From NCBI RefSeq assembly GCF_006345805.1, contig NC_043002.1, positions 30,876,001 to 30,940,000 of the forward strand: 64,000 nucleotides of DNA, read 5' to 3'. The first letter of the stretch is position 1, and every line of letters begins with the position of its first letter. Below the pieces are notes generated by a model. That model was given only the letters and a program-made list of their open reading frames with translations. It did no database searches and was not told the origin of the DNA. Positions 14,697-27,964 of the stretch are shown piece after piece. The position numbers and the translations under genes are program-made. Source of the stretch: Octopus sinensis. Lineage: Eukaryota.

Positions 14697-16277
14697 TCTG
14701 TTACTTATTTTAGTCATTTGATTGCGGCCATGCAGAGCCGTAGTCGCAAAATTTGACCTCAGAACTTATTATTTGTAAGCCTCGCATTTATTCTATCGAT
14801 GTATTTTGCCGAACCCCTACGTTACGAGGAGGTAAACACACCAACATCAGTTGTCAAGCGATGGTTGGGAGACAAACACAAACAGAAATACTTATAAATA
14901 TAAATATAAATATAAATATATATACATATATATCTAATATATAAATCCCGTTCTGTCTGTCTATTTTTGTGCGCTTGTAACTCGAGTATTGTTCATCCGA
15001 TCGCGCTGAAATTTCAACCATGGATACATGAGAGAGCGGAGGCTTTCCGTAATCTAAAAAGATTTTCAAAATTGTCAGTTTCAAAGTAAGAATTGCTATT
15101 TTTGCAATCTGGTTGTCCTGTTTCTTCCGCAATCCTCTTCATTAACCGGCGTTCTAAACAATTCATTTCTACGTTTTCACATTTAAATAACAGATATATG
15201 TATATACAGCTTGCTTTTTGTAAATTGAGTCTCAATTTGATTTAAATATTAGACCACGAACAACTGTATTCATTTCTGCGTTTTCACACGTTTGTAAGCG
15301 GCTAAAAAAATCGATATCACTCTAACTTTAATTAACTGTAATCAAACACGTGCATTCGCAGTCAAGGTGTTCTTACGGCTGTTTAACGTGCAATAAACCA
15401 GCTGACATGAAACTAGGAAAATGCAGTTATTTTAAGTTTTTTTGTGGGGGAGTTTACATCTAAAACCTTGCCTAACTTTTCTCATCCAACTTTAAAAAAT
15501 AAGCGGCATTGTCCAATTTTTGTGATAAAATTGATTTGCAGACAACATGCTTATATTATTTTATTGCACATTATGTTATTTCACCCCCGAGTTTCAACTT
15601 GTTTTGTGTCAGTTTTTGAGAGAAGAGAGACTTCCTTAAGCATTTTTGCGCCTTTATTGAGTTGCAGTTTCTCTTTGCCTGTCCATCGGGTGATTAAAAC
15701 TTCCATTTATATTTTTATTCGAAACTAATGTTACTTATCCCGCAGTTCTTACCACTACGCCAGTGAAAATTGAAATAAAGTACGTAAAGCAACATTCCTC
15801 AAATGCAATATCCAAAGAACTGTTTATTGCATAAATATCACGTCTAATATTCACTTTGGAGATAAAACAGCGTTCAGTCTGAGGTATAGGTTTCAACATG
15901 AGATATGTACTATGGAAGAGTATATTGTGCATATCCTAATGTGAAAGTGTTTGAGTGCAAAAAGTTTAAGGTTAATTATGATGTCCGATTCTATTGGAAG
16001 TTGTATATATTGTGGGCTGAACAGCTTTCCTTCATTTTATTGGCCTCATGACAATTTTGAAAAGGTTCACTGTGTTAAGATTTATCATCAATCAATTTTC
16101 CTTATTTAGAAGAAACAGACAACAATGTTAACGTCTCAAAAGTAACATCCCATACAATCACCAAACATCTCCACAACTTAACACCGTCCAAGTTAACCCT
16201 CTTCACCAATACAAACCGTCCAATGGACGGGGGGGGGGGTTGCTAGTATGCATACATACATACATATATGTATATGA

Positions 16278-16319
<42 letters not shown>

Positions 16320-16452
16320 GACGGGTTTCTTTCAGTTTCCCTCTAACAAATCCACTTCGGTTGGCCCGAAGCTATAGTAGAAGACACTTGCCCAAGGTGC
16401 CACGCAATGGGATTGAACCCGGAAGTATGTGGTTGGGAAGCAATTTTCTTAC
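14697..16452 (-). mobile_element. SINE family A split by a Helitron (tail 14697-14885, head part 16316-16452)
   Basis: The two halves are colinear on the minus strand on either side of 14933-16246. Confidence 0.75.
14933..16246 (+). mobile_element. non-autonomous Helitron
   Basis: 5' A|TCTAATATATAAATCCCGTTCTGTCTGTC..CATCCGATCGCGCTGAAATTT is a Helitron-type 5' end. The 3' end has hairpin CCGTCC-AAT-GGACGG followed by CTAG|T at 16243-16247. Insertion is between A and T with no TSD. Confidence 0.75.
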
Positions 16453-16743
16453 AAATGTGTGTGTTTGTGTGTGTGTGTGTGTATGTATGTATTAGGTTAT
16501 TATATATATATATTATATATATATATATATATAATATATATATATATATAAACGACGGGTTTCTTTCAGTTTCCCTCTAACAAATCCACTTCGGTTGGCC
16601 CGAAGCTATAGTAGAAGACACTTGCCCAAGGTGCCACGCAATGGGATTGAACCCGGAAGTATGTGGTTGGGAAGCAATTTTCTTACAAATGTGTGTGTTT
16701 GTGTGTGTGTGTGTATGTATGTATTAGGTTATTATATATATAT

Positions 16744-16774
<31 letters not shown>

Positions 16775-18758
16775 CATATTGTTTAATATTATATCATATT
16801 TTTTATATGCCTTTCTACTTATGCATACATATATACATACATACAAACACACGAATATGGGGCCTAAAACAACCTTTGAGGTAACGTATTAGTACAATTA
16901 GTTACGCACTCACATACATGCACTTGTATAAATATATATACATGCACACACACACATATATATATGTGTAGGTGTGTTTGCGTGCGCGCGTGCGTGTTAA
17001 TGCTTGTGTGTATGTGTGTGTATATTTAGGCATGCATGTATGTATGTATTTCTGTATGTATGCATGCATGTATGTATGTATATACACCAGCATATGACTA
17101 CAAAGAAAAAGAGAAAGAAATAGAAAGAAAGAAGGAGAGGCAGGAAGAGAAAAAGACAGGATAATTGGATATATAGACAAATACACTGTGTTATATAGAT
17201 ATATAGAGAAATTAGCAGACATATAGACATAGACAGAAGTAGTTGCAGATAAGCAGACATACATACAGCTATGCGTGTAGAAAACATTTAGATGAATAGA
17301 AAGATGGATAAACCAAACTTTAGAGTTAGATAGGTATTTAGATAGATGCACTGACAGACAGAGAGATAGATCGCCAGAGACACTGAAAAAAACATAAATA
17401 CACACCCACACATACTCACACACACGCACACATAACGCGTGTCCTCAAACAAACACACATACACTAACACGTGCATACACACACAATCACACACACACAT
17501 ACACACAAATACACACATATATAACCAGTGACAGAGAACGCGGAGGTGGACGGAGAGATAAAGCGAACAACAGAAATCGGCATTTCTTTGTTTGCACGAA
17601 TAATTTAGCTTCAATCCATCCGATTTGGAAAACAAAACGCTTCTCTGACTCTCTTAATTCCTCGATGATTATCGTAGCCCAATAAATATATGGTATGACT
17701 TTCGCACAAGCACCATTCTTGATAGTTTTAAATCCCTCATTCCTGGTTTTATTGCAATCAATGTCAGCTCTCATCATTCATTTTCGTATTCTTCATATTC
17801 TTGCTTTCTTGCACTATTCTTCATTTCTTCCTTTTCTTGTTCACCATTTCTTCCTCTTTTCTCTTTTCTTTTTTTTTCCATCTTTTACTTTCATTTCGTT
17901 CACTGCCTTTCATTATTTTTTTTCTATTTTCGTTATGTTCGTTTGTTTATTTTTATGGACGATCTAGTGCGATAAATTATATTTTAATTGTACCACGTGA
18001 CCTATATCCTTCGGATTATGTTGGTTAAAGCTTAGAGGCCTCTAATGGTGGTTATTATCAGTTAAGACAGGGGCTATAAAAGCCATATCGATAGAATGGC
18101 GAACAGTTAAAAGTGCGGATTAGGTCATGAAATAATTAGGATAGATTGAAAATTGGCGAGCTACACAGAAGACTATTACTTTGGTCTGTAGGGATTTTTT
18201 GTGACTGACACAACAGCGTATTGCCTACACCATATAACCCAACTGATTTCAGTGCTGTCTTGTAAGTGGTTTAGTTCGGTTAAACGAAATTAAGTCCCCT
18301 ACTTGCTCGGATGATAGACGATATTTTACTTGAGGACTAATATCGTTACGTTACATTTTATTGCCAGCATGTTAAATTATAGCACCAAGGTTAAAGAATA
18401 TTTTAAAAGCGTATTATATCTCTGTAAATTTCCTCCGAAATAACAGAATATTTTTTCTAGCAGTTATGAAAATCCCTGCATGTAATTCGTTTTATATGAA
18501 TGGAATTTGTGACATTATTTCACCTTATTTACATTTATGCATTTTTTTCATTGATATTTACTAATATAACCAGCACACACCAAAAGCCAATCTTTGCGTC
18601 CGAATTATGTGGAAATACTGACAGGATATTTAGATAGATTAGTATTGTGACTCGCCGTAATGATACTTTCTGTTTTTCGAAGAAACACATTAACCAGACG
18701 TTTAGTTAAGTGAAAACTGAACAGAAATGCTAAGTTTATTTATCAATAGATTACATAT

Positions 18759-20066
18759 ATAAAAGTGTGGCAGAAAAACTGCCCGACTTCAAAGATTAAT
18801 AAAAAAAGAAACACATGAAGCTGCATGAAAAGCCTTTGTATTTCTATGAAGTTCATTAAATGCCATTTTTTTTCTGTTTCAGGTAGCAACCACTATGTCA
18901 TGGATTGGAAAACATCATGTATTTGTTGTTGAAGAATTTGTTAAGAACGGAGAATCCGTTGTAACGCCGCAACGTTCCTTCCGAAGACACTTTGCGCTTC
19001 GTCGTCATGATTTTTTACCTGATGGAAAAACAATTCGTTGTTAGGCTTCCAACTTTAGACAAACATATTAGATTTAAACAGGAAAAGTTCTGATCGTCCT
19101 AGGACAGCTATATGGCCTGAAAATGCCGTAGCTGTGGTAGCTTCAATACAACAGTCTCCCAGATATTCCGCAAGAAAATACGCATCTGCCTTATACAAGT
19201 CGGATCGAAGTGTTCGCAGAATCTTACAAATGTCCCTCCACATGAATCCCTACAGGATAATGGTCGAACAGGAATTCAGCGAAAGAGATTATGAAACCTG
19301 CGCAACTTTGTGTCAAGACATTCTCCAGACCATCCTCCCAACAGCTGTTCTGATTTGCAGTGATAAAGCGCACTTCCATTTCTCGGGGATGGTTAATAAA
19401 CAAAACTTTCGATGTTGGTCAGACAAAAACCCTCGTGAACTCAACTCTATAGTGCGAAGGTTGCTATCTGGTTGCCACCCCCCTCCGATTTCGGCGTTAT
19501 TTTTTCGAAGAGGAAGGTGTTACAGTAGCTGTTATTGTGAACTGGTCGAAATGTTTCTCCGTCCAAAATTCGACCAGTTACTCGCTGATCATGGTCCGGA
19601 TGATATATGGTTCCAACAAGATGGTGCCACATCGCATACTTCTCGACGTTCACTCGGAGTCCTCCGTGACATGTTTCCGGGTCATCTTGTTTCTCTGTGA
19701 GGTGATCTTGGATGCCCTCCCCGTTCCCATGTGAGTTTTTACTATGGGGGGGGGGGGCACCTCGAATCACAAGTGCATCAACATCGGCCAGAAACTGCAG
19801 AAGATTTAAAGGTCGCAATAACTCAGGAAATCAATGCGATTCCACGGGACATGGTTCAAAGTCCTATGGTGAACTTTCGAAAGAGACATCAAAACTGCAA
19901 CGACACTGGCGGTCACCACTTAGGTGACAAAAAGTTTTATAACCACTTGAATCACAATGGAATTTAATTCACTTTATAGACATATAAATTATTTTCTTGT
20001 ACCTTCATGTACTTGTTTTTTTTATTAACCTTTAAAATAATGGAAACCTTTCTGCCACATCCTGTA
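18759..20066 (+). mobile_element. Tc1/mariner transposon, DD41D (rosa)-like, pseudogenised
   Basis: Imperfect TIRs GTGTGGCAGAAAA..ATTAATAAAAAAAG..ACATGAAG / CTTCATGT..TTTTTTTATTAAC..TTTCTGCCACATCCTG-TA. ATG 18895 gives MSWIGKHHVFVVEEFVKNGESV; further motifs are SDKAHFHFSGMVNKQNFRCW and WFQQDGATSHT. Stops and frameshifts are present. The DD41D spacing is inferred because the third-D region is partly deleted. Confidence 0.85.
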
Positions 20067-20218
20067 TAATATCTTCTACTTTTCCAGACTTTGATTCTCC
20101 TTTACATAAGTTACATTAATTAAAATATTTTAATTGGTCTAATAAGCTTGTCTTGTTTTGGTTTTGTTTTCCTCTTCCTTTAACTTATACACACACACAC
20201 ATAGATGTATATATTATG

Positions 20219-20320
<102 letters not shown>

Positions 20321-20324
20321 TATT

Positions 20325-22010
20325 ATCTTCATTGTGTTTCAGCCAGAGGCTGAGACCACGCTAGTGCACTGTGTTTACTGCATCCGGGGATTTTTCCAGT
20401 ATTGCTTCTGATGAAGTAGGGTGTTTGAAATTGCCGCTTGCCGCTCTTCTTTGTGCCTCCTGTCGCAATGTGGGTTCATCCGGATTTGTAGATAAAAAAA
20501 CTGTCTAGATGTGTTTTGAAGACTTCCATGTCTACACCTGGCAGATCCCTGATGTTCTGTGGTAGGACGTTGAAAAGTTATGGTCTCTTGAATCCCAAGC
20601 TATTACAATACTGGGTTCGTATCCTCGATGGAGAAGATGGGATCTTTGGTACTGTGCAATGACGTCCAGTTCGGTTTTTTTTTTAGATTTCGATTCCAAA
20701 ATTTGGAGCTAAAACCCTCCATTATTTTCCGTATGTATAGTACTGCATATCTCTCACGTCTCCTCTCCAGTAAGTAGATTCCCAGTTTCTTCAACCTCTA
20801 CCAGTAAGTAACCCATGTATTTTACTGAGTCTATCTTGTCTATCTTCTTTGCGTGGTGCCGTTGACTCGCTTCTAGTTCGGCAATTAATTTTACACTCTG
20901 TTGGGACCACTGTTAAGAGCAATAGCCCAGAGGACTGAGGACAAAGGTTCTCCATAGCAGAAGCATTGTGTCTCTGCTCCTGGACCTGAAGGATGTTAGG
21001 ACCCAACGTGCCACCCGCCTGCATAGTGTTGCCATCTGAGCAATATGCACATGGAAATTTGCGCCGTTGCTCATGTGGATTGCCAGATCACGTAAGTCTG
21101 GGATTAAATTGCCTGCTGGTCTCGTGTACTTCAGCTGTAGTTTGTTTCTGGGCTGATAGCGGAGTGATTGAAGTTTTGCGCCATTGAACTGCATATTATA
21201 CTCATCAACCCATTTATACATTGCGTTCAGGTTATTCTGCAGTCTTAGGATGTCTGTAGGATCTTTGATCGCCTGTGATACTTTTGTATCATCGGTGTAG
21301 CTGGTAAGTGTGACTGAATTTGTGGCTGAGGGCATGTCCGAGAGAACAACCACAAACAGTAGTGGGTCCAGCATTGTTCTCTGGAGGATTGGTGTCACTT
21401 CAGAGAAGGCACCATTTGCTGTGAGAGACTGACTTCTGCCCTTCAGGAAATCATGCAGTCACTCTCCCAGTCTACCAGCGATACCGAGGTCACGAAATTT
21501 TGACATATCATCCCATGATCGACTTCCTTCAAAGGCCTTGGCAAAGTCGAGATATATCACATCTACATTTGAATGGTTGAGCTGTTGTTTTAGTATCCAG
21601 TCGAAGTGCTGTAGTAAATGTGTTAGGCAGCTCCTTCCAGTACGGAAACCATTTTGCGTGTCTGTAAGCAAATAAATATCCTCTAGGAACGTGATCAGTC
21701 TTTTTCTGACAATACGTCCCATGATCTTGTTGATACGCGAGTTCAGGAAGATAGGCCTGTAGCATATTACATCAGTTTTGCTTCCACCTTTCAGGACAGG
21801 GCAGATTATTCCTTCTTTTAACGTTTGAGGAGAGGTGCCGCATTCAAGAGAACTATGGAAAATCATTTGCAAGAGCTTTCTTGTATGTTTGTATGAGAAT
21901 TGCTGAGAGTCCATCTGGGTCTGTTGCAGAGTTTGGGCTTAGCTCATCAACGGCTGACAATACAACCTCTTTGGTAATGTCAGTGTAATTGATGTAATAT
22001 ATGGACGTTT
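20325..22010 (-). mobile_element. CR1-group LINE, degenerate RT through the 3' tail
   Basis: IICPVLKGGSK..YRPIFL..QNGFRTGRSCLT..VDVIYLDFAKAF; LDPLLFVVVLSDM..SYTDDTKV (YADD motif); LLERRRERY. The tail hairpin is at 20336-20372. Confidence 0.85.
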
Positions 22011-22023
22011 GTATAAGTATGTA

Positions 22024-22194
22024 TGCAGGAGTGGCTGTGTGGTAAGTAGCTTGCTTACCAACCACATGGTTCCGGGTTCAGTCACACTGCGTGGAACCTT
22101 GGGTAAGTGTCTTCTACTATAGCCTCGGGCCGACCAAAGCCTTGTGAGAGGATTTGGCAGACGGAAGCTAAAAGAAGCCGTTCGTATATATATT

Positions 22195-22235
<41 letters not shown>

Positions 22236-22843
22236 GAAATGAAGAAAATGCTGACAAAATAATTTAAGTAATTTAAGTAATTTAATTAGGTGAAAGTTCT
22301 TTTTACCGGTTGCGCATTTGTTATGCTTATCAAAATATGTTTTTTAAAGAGAGATTAGAGTTCCTTTTCTGATAGATGTTTTCCTCTTATCTGAGGATAA
22401 GACGAAAAAATCTATCAGAAAAGGAACTCTAATCTCTCTTTAAAAAATATATTTTGATAAGCATAACAAATGCGCAACCGGTAAAAAGAACTTTCACCTA
22501 ATTAAATTACTTAAATTACTTAAATTATTTGTCAGCATTTTTCTTTATTTCCTTTTTATATATCACAACTCGTGTTCCACATCTCCTTTTTTAAATATAT
22601 ATATATATATGTATGTATGTATGGGTATATGTGTTAGTGTGTGTTTGTGTGTCTGTGTTTGTCCCTCCAACATCGCTTGACAACCGGTGCTGGTGTGTTT
22701 CCCTCCCCGTAACTTAGTGGTTCGGCAAAAGAGAACGATAGAATAAGTACTAAGCTTCCTATGAATAAGTCCTGGGGTCGATTTGCTCTAGTAAGGGCGG
22801 TACTCCAGCATGGCCTGCGTCAAATGACTGAAACAAGTAAAAG
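22024..22843 (+). mobile_element. SINE family A with a fold-back element inserted in its internal (TA)n
   Basis: Head at 22024-22185, tail at 22650-22843. Confidence 0.85.
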
Positions 22844-22845
22844 AG

Positions 22846-22884
<39 letters not shown>

Positions 22885-23494
22885 GAAATGAAGAAAATGC
22901 TGACAAAATAATTTAAGTAATTTAAGTAATTTAATTAGGTGAAAGTTCTTTTTACCGGTTGCGCATTTGTTATGCTTATCAAAATATGTTTTTTAAAGAG
23001 AGATTAGAGTTCCTTTTCTGATAGATGTTTTCCTCTTATCTGAGGATAAGACGAAAAAATCTATCAGAAAAGGAACTCTAATCTCTCTTTAAAAAATATA
23101 TTTTGATAAGCATAACAAATGCGCAACCGGTAAAAAGAACTTTCACCTAATTAAATTACTTAAATTACTTAAATTATTTGTCAGCATTTTTCTTTATTTC
23201 CTTTTTATATATCACAACTCGTGTTCCACATCTCCTTTTTTAAATATATATATATATATGTATGTATGTATGGGTATATGTGTTAGTGTGTGTTTGTGTG
23301 TCTGTGTTTGTCCCTCCAACATCGCTTGACAACCGGTGCTGGTGTGTTTCCCTCCCCGTAACTTAGTGGTTCGGCAAAAGAGAACGATAGAATAAGTACT
23401 AAGCTTCCTATGAATAAGTCCTGGGGTCGATTTGCTCTAGTAAGGGCGGTACTCCAGCATGGCCTGCGTCAAATGACTGAAACAAGTAAAAGAG

Positions 23495-23525
<31 letters not shown>

Positions 23526-24140
23526 ATATAAAGGAAATGAAGAAAATGCTGACAAAATAATTTAAGTAATTTAAGTAATTTAATTAGGTGAAAGTTCTTT
23601 TTACCGGTTGCGCATTTGTTATGCTTATCAAAATATGTTTTTTAAAGAGAGATTAGAGTTCCTTTTCTGATAGATGTTTTCCTCTTATCTGAGGATAAGA
23701 CGAAAAAATCTATCAGAAAAGGAACTCTAATCTCTCTTTAAAAAATATATTTTGATAAGCATAACAAATGCGCAACCGGTAAAAAGAACTTTCACCTAAT
23801 TAAATTACTTAAATTACTTAAATTATTTTGTCAGCATTTTTCTTCATTTCCTTTTTATATATCACAACTCGTGTTCCACATCTCCTTTTTTAAATATATA
23901 TATATATATGTATGTATGGGTATATGTGTTAGTGTGTGTTTGTGTGTCTGTGTTTGTCCCTCCAACATCGCTTGACAACCGGTGCTGGTGTGTTTCCCTC
24001 CCCGTAACTTAGTGGTTCGGCAAAAGAGAACGATAGAATAAGTACTAAGCTTCCTATGAATAAGTCCTGGGGTCGATTTGCTCTAGTAAGGGCGGTACTC
24101 CAGCATGGCCTGCGTCAAATGACTGAAACAAGTAAAAGAG
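22232..24140 (+). repeat. 3 x 649-bp tandem repeat: ~325-bp palindrome + ~40-nt tail + SINE A 3' half
   Basis: Unit starts AAAGGAAATGAAGAAAATGC at 22232, 22881 and 23530. In unit 1 the arms are 22232-22391 and 22396-22555 around a TGAG loop. Confidence 0.95.
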
Positions 24141-24233
<93 letters not shown>

Positions 24234-24933
24234 TGTATGCATGTATTATATACATACGTACATATGTATATGAGTAAGTTCATAGTTACGGACATACATA
24301 CGTACATATGTATGGACATACATGCATAATACATAAAAAACTTGCATACATACATGTTTACATACACACACACACATAAAGATTCCAAAATGCATTTTAA
24401 AAATGAAAGATAAATTAAATGCATATTGAAACAGCGATTGGCAGTCAAATTCAGACGACGCATCCATTCTTTCGTAGATACCTCATTAGCCGTCTGTCAC
24501 TTTGATAAAACATTACAGCGACGTATCATCTATTTTCATTCTTCCAGTAAGAAAAAAAAAAGGACAACCAAACCTTTTGGCACATTTCAATAATAGGTAT
24601 TTTACATTTTAACACACTAACTTGCATATATTTTTTTGATGGTGCAACATGTCTTGGTACAAAGAATACAATAACTGCTAATGTTAGCAGAAGTAGTAGT
24701 AGTAGTAGTAGTAGCAGCAGTAGTAGTAGTTTTGGCAGTGGTGGTGGTGGTGGGGGGGGGGTAGATTTGCTAGTGGCACATTTACATTTTTTTGTTCATT
24801 TTGTTGCTTTACTGTAGCTTTTTTTGGTTAATTTTGCTTTATCTTTATTCTATTAAAACTGTGATAGCTTTTTTTCCGTATTTTGGGTCATCGACCGTTT
24901 GTTCCTTTGTCCGTTCGCTTGTTGTTTGTCTAC

Positions 24934-24964
<31 letters not shown>

Positions 24965-26339
24965 TGTATGTATGTATGTATGGATGGATGGATGGATGGA
25001 TGTATGGATGGATGGATGGATGGATGGATGGATGAACGGATGGCTGGATGGATGTGTGTTTGTGTCTGTGTATGTGTATGTGTATATTAATACGTGTGTT
25101 CATGTAGTGGTATTTATGTGTTGCTATTATCATGATAGCGTGGGACTACAAAATTTAGGACGCTGACTTATTTTGCTATTGCGACACCGTACATATTCCT
25201 TTTGGGTGTTGTTGTTGCTGTTTTTGTTGGTGGTGATGCTGGTGTTAATGGTGATGGTGGTGTTGTCGCTGATGGTGGTGGTGGTTGTGGTGGTGGTGCT
25301 TGGGTATCTGTTTCTTATAGGTGTGCTTGTTGGGGGCAGATAAAATAGGTAGAAAGTCAACCCACAACAAGCGATATCTGTCAAACGGTAACAACGTTAC
25401 CAATCGCCAACACAACAACAATAACAAGGCTATTAACTACAACAACAACAACAATAACAACTAAAACATGCATTAATGAATTTCACTGAAATAAACCAGT
25501 GAAATACTTGCGTACGTCGCTATTGTCAAGCAGGTTGGTGTGTTAGAAAAATTTTAAATAAAAATGAAATATAGAAAAGGAAAATAAAAAAATCGAAATA
25601 AATGTAAAAAAATAGAAAATGAAAATTGAAAATAAAAATAGTAAAATAAAAAGATAAATATAATCATTTTTAAAGATAATATAAAAATTAGACGTCTTAG
25701 GTGGCCTCCATCTCAATGCCAAAGGTGTGTTATGTAGGGGATGCCTAAACATTACAGCAATCAACATGTTAGCACGGTTTCTTCTTCTTCTTCTTCTTCT
25801 TCTTCTTCTTCTTCTTCATTGGTGTTCTCAAGCGTTTGTTCTACCTTTGTCAGTAAATTTTCTTTCAAAACCAGTAAAGACGATAACATGGCTGGCTGGC
25901 TGGCTGTTAGTGTTGGTGATATTGTTGTGGTTAATAGCTAATAGTTAATGGTATTGAATTTTGGTTTGTTGCTGCTAATGGTACTGCTATTGTGCCTACT
26001 GTTTTTCGTATGTAATGATGTTTCGGTTGTCGTTGCTGTCGTCGACCTCGTCGGTGCTTTTGTTGCTTCTGTTGTGCTAATACTGTTGATTAAACGGTGA
26101 ATTTAAACATTTTTACTTTGTTTAACAATAGTTTGATGTTTGCACTGATACAGCAGCAGCAGTAGTGATAGTAATAGTACTATTATTATTAGTAATAATG
26201 ATAGTAGTAGTGCTAATAACTATTGTGTTAGCTGTAACAAGTGATGGTGTCGGTGTTGGTTATGATACTGGGGATATTGTCGGCTGCATTGTTCTCGTTG
26301 TTTGGTGGTGTCAATATAAAAGGTGTCAAAATAATATAG

Positions 26340-26920
26340 GTTTCAAATTTTGGCACAAGGCCAGCAATTTAAACTGGTGCTTATTTTATCAACCCCTAAA
26401 GAATGAACGGCAAACTTGGCCTCAGCAGAATTGAACTCAAAACTTAAAGACGCTAAACATTTTTCCCGGCGTGCTAACGATTCTGCTAGCTTGCCTACGT
26501 TAGGTTTCATAATGATATTGGCTTCAAATTTTGATACCAGGCCAGTAATTTTGGGGAATGGGGCTAAATCGATTATATCGACTCCAGTGCTCCACTGGTA
26601 CTTATTTTATCGACTCCGAAAGGATGAAAGGCAAAGTCGACCACGGCTGATTTTGATCTCAGGACGTAGCAAAGTTCGAAATACCTATTTCTTTACTACA
26701 CACAAGGGGCTAAACACAGAGGAGACAAACAAGGACAGACACACGGATTAAGTCGATTATATCGATCCCAATGCGTAACTGGTACTTAATTTATCGACCC
26801 CGAAAGGATGAAAGGCAAAATCGACCTCGGCAGAATTTGAACTCAGAACGTAGCGGCAGACGAAATACCGCTAAGCATTTTACCTGGCGTGTTAACGATT
26901 CTGTTTGCTTGCCTACCTTA
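26340..26920 (-). mobile_element. cluster of SINE family B copies
   Basis: Three family B cores at ~26400, ~26620 and ~26810, with an AAATACC|TATTTC junction at 26685. Confidence 0.85.
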
Positions 26921-27964
26921 GGTGTCATAATAATATTAATAACACAAAAAAAAACAGCAGTAATATAGAGGCGTTTTAGTGATGTGACAATGTGTTCTTT
27001 CTGCTGTGTAGACATTGTTCTGCCATCTTCAGAGACATTCCATCCATGACCAACATGTCACTTTTCCTATACATCTTACCTTCTTGCGTAAGAAAGTAAG
27101 CGGTGTTTGAAAGACTAAGCTTATATTTCTAGGCGGGTGGCTTTATTGTTATTGCTGCTAATCCCCACATCAAACTGGATTCAGCTCTTGCTTATCAATG
27201 ACAGTCGTGCCGTGACCGTCCCATCATTTCTATTGTATCATTTATTGTGTTGTCTAATGGTCTTTCACGTTTTTCCTGAGGGATTAGAGAGACTGGAGAG
27301 AGATTTTGTCGCCTTTAATTTTTTATAATCCCCAACTAGACATGTTCAAGGACGGATGGGGCTACAATAATTTTAATTTTACATAGAACTACCACTTTTT
27401 ATGCACGGCAGCTACATACGTAGTTCTAAAGAAATTACTTGGTAGAATGGGACTTGAGCAGAGATTTGGTTGCTACTCTTCCTAATGTGCTGCAGCACGA
27501 AGCACTGTTCTTCTCTTATTCTAACTCCAACACTTCGATTATTCCGTCGTTTAAACCTTACTTGCAAGAAATGATGATGATGATTATGATGATGATATTC
27601 ATGATAAAATTATAATAGTTTGATGACAGGCAATTTTGAATTCGGCGGAACTCAGAACCTAAACACACACCATAATTTGTCTCGCTTTCGGCCCACAAAT
27701 CTCTTGCTAGACACCACTCCTTTTGTTATACCCTCAAGGGTGTTTTATAGTATATATATTGTTATATCTCCTCCGTTTTTACATTGTACGAGTCATTACT
27801 TGTCGTTATGAAATATCTGTACTGTGCCATTTAGCCTGTGATATAATTGATACTATTTTCGTCAGTTCTATAAAATATGCAATAACATATTATCAAATAT
27901 TACGTGTGTGTGTGTGTGTGTGTGTTTGTGCGAGTGTATGTGTGCGCGCGCGAATGTGTGTGTG

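Noticed and set aside
22391-22407. CTGAGGA-TAAGAC-GAAA at the palindrome apex resembles a hammerhead core
   Set aside because: No stem II or III can form, and the bases are sequestered in the fold-back.
24478-24546. Possible 69-nt plus-strand exon (TAG|...|GTAAGA, one open frame)
   Set aside because: Short, unrecognised peptide; such signals are expected by chance in 64 kb.
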